Shown here: one piece after another, positions 58,344-64,000 of the stretch
Layout of the letters: each line of letters begins with the position of its first letter
How positions within the stretch are numbered: the stretch's first letter is position 1
Assembly (NCBI RefSeq): GCF_009914755.1
Contig: NC_060935.1
DNA: 64,000 nucleotides
Source of the DNA: the human T2T-CHM13v2.0 reference genome, Homo sapiens
Strand: one strand, 5' to 3'
The notes under the pieces: generated by a model
Databases searched by the model: none
Told to the model about the DNA's origin: nothing
What the model saw: only the letters and a program-made list of their open reading frames with translations
Program-made: the position numbers and the translations under genes

Positions 58344-59929
58344 CCCTGTTCTCGGGTTGGATGTGTGATGATTTGTTTGATTGAGATAGTATCATCTATG
58401 AGGCGAGGTTGCTTTATGAAGTAGGCCCTATTTCTCTTGTCCTTTCGTACTAGCAGAAATATTAAATAGATAGAAACCGACCTGGATTACTCCAGTCTAA
58501 ACTCAGATCACATAGGACTTTAATTGTTGAACAAATGAACCCTTAATAGCAGCTACATTAGGATGTCCTGATCCAACATTGAGGTCGTAAACCCTATTGT
58601 CTATATGGACTCTAGAATAGGATTACACTGTTATCCGTAGGGTAACTTGTTCAGTTAAATTATTGGGTCAATATATGTTAACTCGCTTAGACTAGTGCCA
58701 TTTTAGTTTAGGTTGTTCGGAGGTTAAATTATGCTCCAAGGTCACCCCAGCCAAAATTTTTAATGCAATGGTAATGGGTTAGGGCGAGTTTCTATTTGCC
58801 TTAATGAATTAAAGCTCCATAGGGTCTTCTCATCTTGTTTATATCCCGCCGGATAGGTCAGTTTCACTGATTAAAAGTAAGAGACAGCTGAAGCCTCGTG
58901 TGGCCATTTATACAAGTCCCTATTTAGAGAACAAGTGATTATGCTACCTTTGCACAGTCAGGATACCACAGCTGTTGAACATATGTCACTGGGGACATGT
59001 CTAATACTGGTAATGCTAGAGGTGGTGTTTTTGGTAAACAGGCAGGGTAAGATTTGCCGAGTTCCTTTTACTTTTTGTAACCTTTCCTTCAAGAATACCT
59101 TTGTTGGATTAACAGTATAAATAATAAGGTGCTTATTGTATCACTTATTAATATTAGGCTGTTAACGGTCAGTGGGTTATTCCGGTTTGATGTAAGCTTA
59201 TGTGATGGAGGATATCTTCATGTTACTTATATTAACATTATTGCTTCTATTAAGTAATAGATTAGTCCAACGTAATGTTAGGAGTTCAGTAGAGTGATTA
59301 GAATTTAAAATAGATGTTGAGCTTGAATGCTTTCTTAATTGGTGGCTGCTTTTGGGCCAACTATGGTGGTAATAATGTTTACTCTCTGGAGGAAGGTTAT
59401 TTCCTAGGGTCTAAAGATCTGTCCCTCTTCAGACTAGCAGTTAAACTTACAGGGGACTAAGTAATTCTGTGGGTACGTAGACGGCTAGGCTTGATGTGGC
59501 TAGTATAAATAGAAGGCCTTTATTAAAATTAATTAGAGGATCTGGTATAGGGAGTTGTCTAAGATTCTATCTTGGACAACCAGCTATCACCAGGCTCGGT
59601 AGGTTTGTCACTGCTACTCATGAATCTTCCCACTATTTTGCCACATAGGTAGGTGTGCTCTTCAGCTGTTCTTGGGTAGCTTGTCTGGTTTCAGGGGACT
59701 TGGCTATGGGTCTCTGTGTAAAGTTAGTTATTTCTAGTTAATACATTATGCAGAAGGTATAAGGGTTTGTCTTTGCTTTTTAATGCTTGATTCAGTTCTT
59801 TCATCTTTCCCTTATGGTACTATGTCTATTGTGCCAGGATAAAATTTCCATCGCCTATACCTTTATATAAGATAAATGGTTTAAGATTATTTGATAATGT
59901 CTTTAGTGAGGTTTGGAGTGAGAGTTGGC
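58344..59929 (-). rRNA. MT-RNR2: NUMT 16S rRNA pseudogene (contains an ND1-derived insert)
   Basis: Conserved 16S motifs (gttggatcaggacatcc; gagaagaccctatggagcttt; ggtgatagctggttgtccaag). Confidence 0.94.
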
Positions 59930-59998
59930 TCAAAGTGATCAGGTCATGATGAAATCTTCCAGGGGTAAGCTGGGTACTTTGGATTAAGCTACACTTTG
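59930..59998 (-). tRNA. MT-TV: NUMT tRNA-Val pseudogene
   Basis: caaagtgtagcttaa...cagcttacccctggaagatttca...actttga. Confidence 0.88.
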
Positions 59999-60947
59999 GT
60001 TTGTCCAAATGCACTTTCCAGTATGCTTACCATGTTACAACTTATCTCCTCTATACGTGTGTAGAGAGATTTTAGTAATAGGGATTTCTAGAATAGTATT
60101 TGGAAAGGTGACAGGCAGTGTGTGTGTGCTTCATGGCCTTATTCAACCAAGCACTCTACTCTTGGTTTACTGCTAAATCCTCCTTGAGTCTTTTGATTTC
60201 ATAAAGGTTGTCGTGAGATTTTCTGGGTATAGAAAATGTAGCCCATTTCTTCCCACCTCATGAGCTACACCTTGACCTAATGTTTTTATGTGTATTACTT
60301 GTGCTTACTCTATAACCTTTTTAGGGTTTGCTGAAGATGGCGGTATATAGGCTGGGGGCAAGAGGTGGTGAGGTAGATCGGGGTTTATAGATTATAGAAC
60401 AGGCTCCCCTAGAGGGATATAAAGCACCGCCAAGTCCTTTGAGTTTTAAGCTATTGCTTCTAGTATTCTGGCGAATGGTTTTGTTAATATAACTATTATA
60501 GTTTAGGGCTAAGCATAGTGGGGTATCTAACCCCAGTTTGGATCTTAGCTGTCGTGTCTTCAGGATATTAAAGCCACATTCGTAGTATGTTTTATTTCAG
60601 CCTAAGTTTTTTACAACTTAAATGGAGTTTAGCTTTATTGAGGGCAGATCTTAAACACTCTTTACGCTGAGTTCTATTAGCTTGGGTTAATTGTATAGCT
60701 TGGGTTCATTGTATGGCCACAGTGGCTGGCACGAAATTGACCAACCCTATATATCAGTATAGCTTAAACGTTCATTTATTACTAAATATTTATCACTGCT
60801 GTTTCCCGTGGGGGTGTGGTTGAGCAAAGTATTTTGAGCTGCATTTGTGCATGCTTGATACTTGCTCCTTTGATCCGGGTGATGTAGAGGGCATTTTTCA
60901 CTGGGGTGGGGATGCTTGCATGTGTAAAGACCAGGACCAAACCTATC
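59999..60947 (-). rRNA. MT-RNR1: NUMT 12S rRNA pseudogene
   Basis: ataggtttggtcct start; ttagataccccactatgc; caaaggacttggcggtgc; gtaacatggtaag end. Confidence 0.94.
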
Positions 60948-61018
60948 TGTTTATGGGGTTGTGCAAACCCATCTAGACATTTTCAGTGTCTTCCTTTAAA
61001 TAATTAAGCTACATTAAC
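60948..61018 (-). tRNA. MT-TF: NUMT tRNA-Phe pseudogene
   Basis: gttaatgtagcttaa...cactgaaaatgtctagatggg...ccccataaaca (GAA). Confidence 0.9.
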
Positions 61019-61390
61019 TGCATAAATACTTCAGCGTAAAGTTAATTAGAATATGAGGAAAGAAGAAATAAGTAAGTATAAACCGTCATTTACAGTTCTA
61101 GAAATCCAGTGGTTTAAAGTTGAGTTGGCAGAGGTTTAGTTGGGGGTTACTCATAATTAGGGTATAATTGATTTAGGCTATGATATATAAGGTAGCGCTT
61201 TCAGAAGGGTGTATTCAAGGTATCATATCAGTATTAGGGTGGGAAATTGGTTGTTGTGCTTATTGTATAAAATGGAGGCTTTGTTTAGTAGGGTTTTCAG
61301 ATTGTTAGGAAAATTATATCAATCGAGGGGTAGCCGTTGAGGTACTCATGATTAAAATATGATTTCTGGGCAAATTTGGTTTCTTGTTTT
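61019..61390 (-). other. NUMT control-region (D-loop) 3' segment, from about the end of CSB3 to tRNA-Phe
   Basis: Position upstream of tRNA-Phe; mitochondrial G/T strand skew; aaaacaag...ccagaaatcatattttaatc resembles post-CSB3 sequence; distal boundary approximate. Confidence 0.6.
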
Positions 61391-62818
61391 GTTTCTGCTG
61401 TTAATTATCTCGGTGACCTGTGGCATAAACACTTGAAAAAAAAAGGATAATTTAACTTTAAATCATTTTCTATGATTATAATATAATGTGGCTTAGATTA
61501 TGTTGAAAGATAAAGAACAAAAAGGGCTTAATTATATGAAACAATTTTTTAAGACCAAAATATTTTAGAAAGGGGTCATACATTTTTAATTTTTATATTT
61601 TTTCTTTCTTTCAACCAAGATCTACTAAGTATTTCATTATTTCACACAGCAACAAAACTGGATGGCTTATTTCTTAATTAACATGTATTTATGTAGGATG
61701 CAGATAATTTCAATATATAAAGTATTCTATATTATACTTTGAATTAAGAAATGCAGCCTCAGAAAATATCACTATTTTTGAAATATTTGTATTATTTGCA
61801 TGAAAATGAATTTGTTAAAATTCTTTCAAAGTATGAAAAATGTGTTTTACAAAGCATGTTTAAATTCTGTCACAGGTGGTATTCTTAGAAATCGTTTAGG
61901 CTGTTTGATGAAATGCAAATGAGACTAGTCTGACTTTCACTAAGATCAGATCAGTAAAACACTTTCTGACATTTACTTTCTAATGAGTTTTAACAAAAAC
62001 TGAGAATTCAGTACTACCCCATTTATTTCAAAATAAAAGTTAAATTTTTGTTAAATTTTTGTTACATTTGAATGTGACAAGTTATGTATGATGCCATACG
62101 ATTTAATGTGCTTTAGGAAAGAGTTCAGTACTTGACATTTTCTTTACTATGTGTGACACGATTGGAGTAGGAAATTTCCTAGAGAGAATAATGACTTTTA
62201 TTTCTTTGATAACTTATGATGATCTGCTAAAACTTTTTTAAATACACAATATTTATAATTTGCTTTTTAAAGAAAACAATATTGTAAAATAGTTATCTTC
62301 TACATGTTAGAACATAGACTTTAAAACATAATTTAAAATATACAGCAAAAATTACAAAGGTGCAAATGCCAAATTGCTTTATCTTACTGAATAATCACTA
62401 AGAGAATGTACCATTTTAGTAGAAATTAATAGGTTGTATTGATTAATTGAACCCCTTTTAAAGCCAACATATCTATTGGTTATACATTTCTGTGTATTCT
62501 AACATGCAAGCTGGTAACACTAAATGGCTCTTCAATTTTTTAAACCAGGGAGTCCTTCAGCAATATGGCAAAAATGCTAGTGGATCCTGTGTCTTTTAAT
62601 AATTTTCAAAACTGTTTAATCATTTTGAAATCATTTTTTGATCACTGACCACCTTAAAAATTGAAGAGGAAGGATGTACTTTCTTAAAATATGTTCATAC
62701 ATATACATATAGAACTTTATTATATAATTTTGAGATGTATGAAGTTAATATCTTCTTTGCTATCCTGGTTATTCCTTTCACTTTCACTCCTTTCCTCTAC
62801 CATGGCCCTCTTTGTAGG

Positions 62819-63005
62819 AGTGGTTCTCAAAGTGTGGTCTCCAGACCAATATCATTAGCATCACCTGAGACCTTGGCAGAAATATGAATTCTTGTACCAC
62901 CCCCCACCTACCCTCCAGACTACTGAATCAGAAACTCCCAGTGTGTTTACTTGCAATTTGTTTTATCAAGCTCTTGAGGTGCGTGTCAACTTTGGGGAAA
63001 TACTG
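62819..63005. mobile_element. MER5A (hAT-Charlie)
   Basis: agtggttctcaaagtgtggtc...agcatcacctg...tactgaatcagaaactc. Confidence 0.85.
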
Positions 63006-64000
63006 CAGTCAGAATTCACATCCAAAAAGGCAGTACCTGCCATGTCACCTTTCCATCTATCTCCACTACACTTTGTGAACATTTATGACTACATCCACCA
63101 TGGATCTTTATAAAATGACTGGGGACCTTATTTTTTGTTAAAAGCCTATTTTTATTGTTTACTTGCCTGCAAATTAGTTCTTAGGAAAGTTCTACTCCAA
63201 CTATTTTAACAAATAATTATAAACGTTGAATAATTTGTATTTTTTTCATTTAAGGTATTACCTCATGTTTTAAAACATAATATTTATGTTAAATAACAGT
63301 TTACTATTTATGCAGAACTTTAGTAGCCCTTATGAAATTTGATACTCTCATCCTGCTTTTACTTAAGAAGACTGTGAAAGAGTTACATCCTGGTAGAGCA
63401 TTAAAGCCTGTACTGTAATTCTGATGTTGTGATTCCTAGATCAGAGTTCTTTCCACCTTACTGCTCATTAAATATTTTGCTAGATCAAGCAGCTAAATTA
63501 TAGTGTTTGTTATAAGATGCAGTTATCAGCTTTGTTTGTTTGAACTGAACTGCATATACTCATCTTCAAAGGCCTATCAAATACTGGGATGGAACTCTGC
63601 CTACTCCCTCATCTATAGCTTTACTTAGCAACATTTTATTATATGTACTTATAATGTAAATCAATTTTTATTGATTTAAGGGAAAAAAGGGGCCTGCATA
63701 TAACAAGAATCTTTAATCTTTTGGAATTTTCCTTTATATCCCTAACTTAATATCATCATCCCAAGTTAATAGAATACACTTTCTCTTTTTTAGCAAGAGA
63801 TTTTAACTTCCAGAGCTTGTCCTTTTGTTTGTCCTTTTTCATTCATTTAGCAAATAAAAACAGAAGTACATTATTGTAAGGACTTTATGCCATGCTAAAA
63901 GAAGTTTTATCATTATTATTTGAAAGTAAACTGTGGTAAGTTAAAGATGTGTACATAAGTCATAACACAATGATAAAAATGAAAGTACCAAAGAGGTATG

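Noticed and set aside
58553-58579. SHLP6-like frame MLDQDILM* (and SHLP2 region near 59363)
   Set aside because: Truncated to 8 aa by a small deletion; the SHLP2 frame is degenerate.

Overview
Primate (human or great-ape) nuclear DNA from the 3' part of DYNC2H1 (cytoplasmic dynein-2 heavy chain, + strand). Only two coding exons are present (8158-8274 and 49559-49768, both phase 0/0), separated by a 41.3-kb intron; the rest is intronic. The introns hold 15 Alus, a full-length 6.1-kb antisense L1PA (probably L1PA4) with an 18-bp TSD, nested old L1s, a two-LTR THE1D-type element, solo MaLR LTRs, MIR/L2 and DNA-transposon fossils. The main accessory element is a ~9.5-kb collinear mitochondrial insertion (NUMT, ~51911-61390, - strand) running from the control region to a truncated COX3. 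Its COX2 sequence and 3-nt COX2/tRNA-Lys spacer look older than the catarrhine state. Patterns not explained by standard annotation: (i) a 77-nt ND1 segment copied into the NUMT 16S gene; (ii) a duplicated NUMT junction; (iii) a multi-template inverted insertion that splits a MER2 and creates a ~158-bp inverted repeat; (iv) humanin-like and MOTS-c-like sORFs open in the nuclear code; (v) a Tyr-Cys-Asn-Ala plus Gln and Ser mt-tRNA set in sense to the host pre-mRNA; (vi) a candidate in-frame 33-nt microexon. I see no evidence for a new protein-coding system; most entries in the ORF track are repeat or NUMT shadows. Repeat subfamily calls and comparisons with human or bovine mtDNA are from recalled consensus sequences, not database searches.
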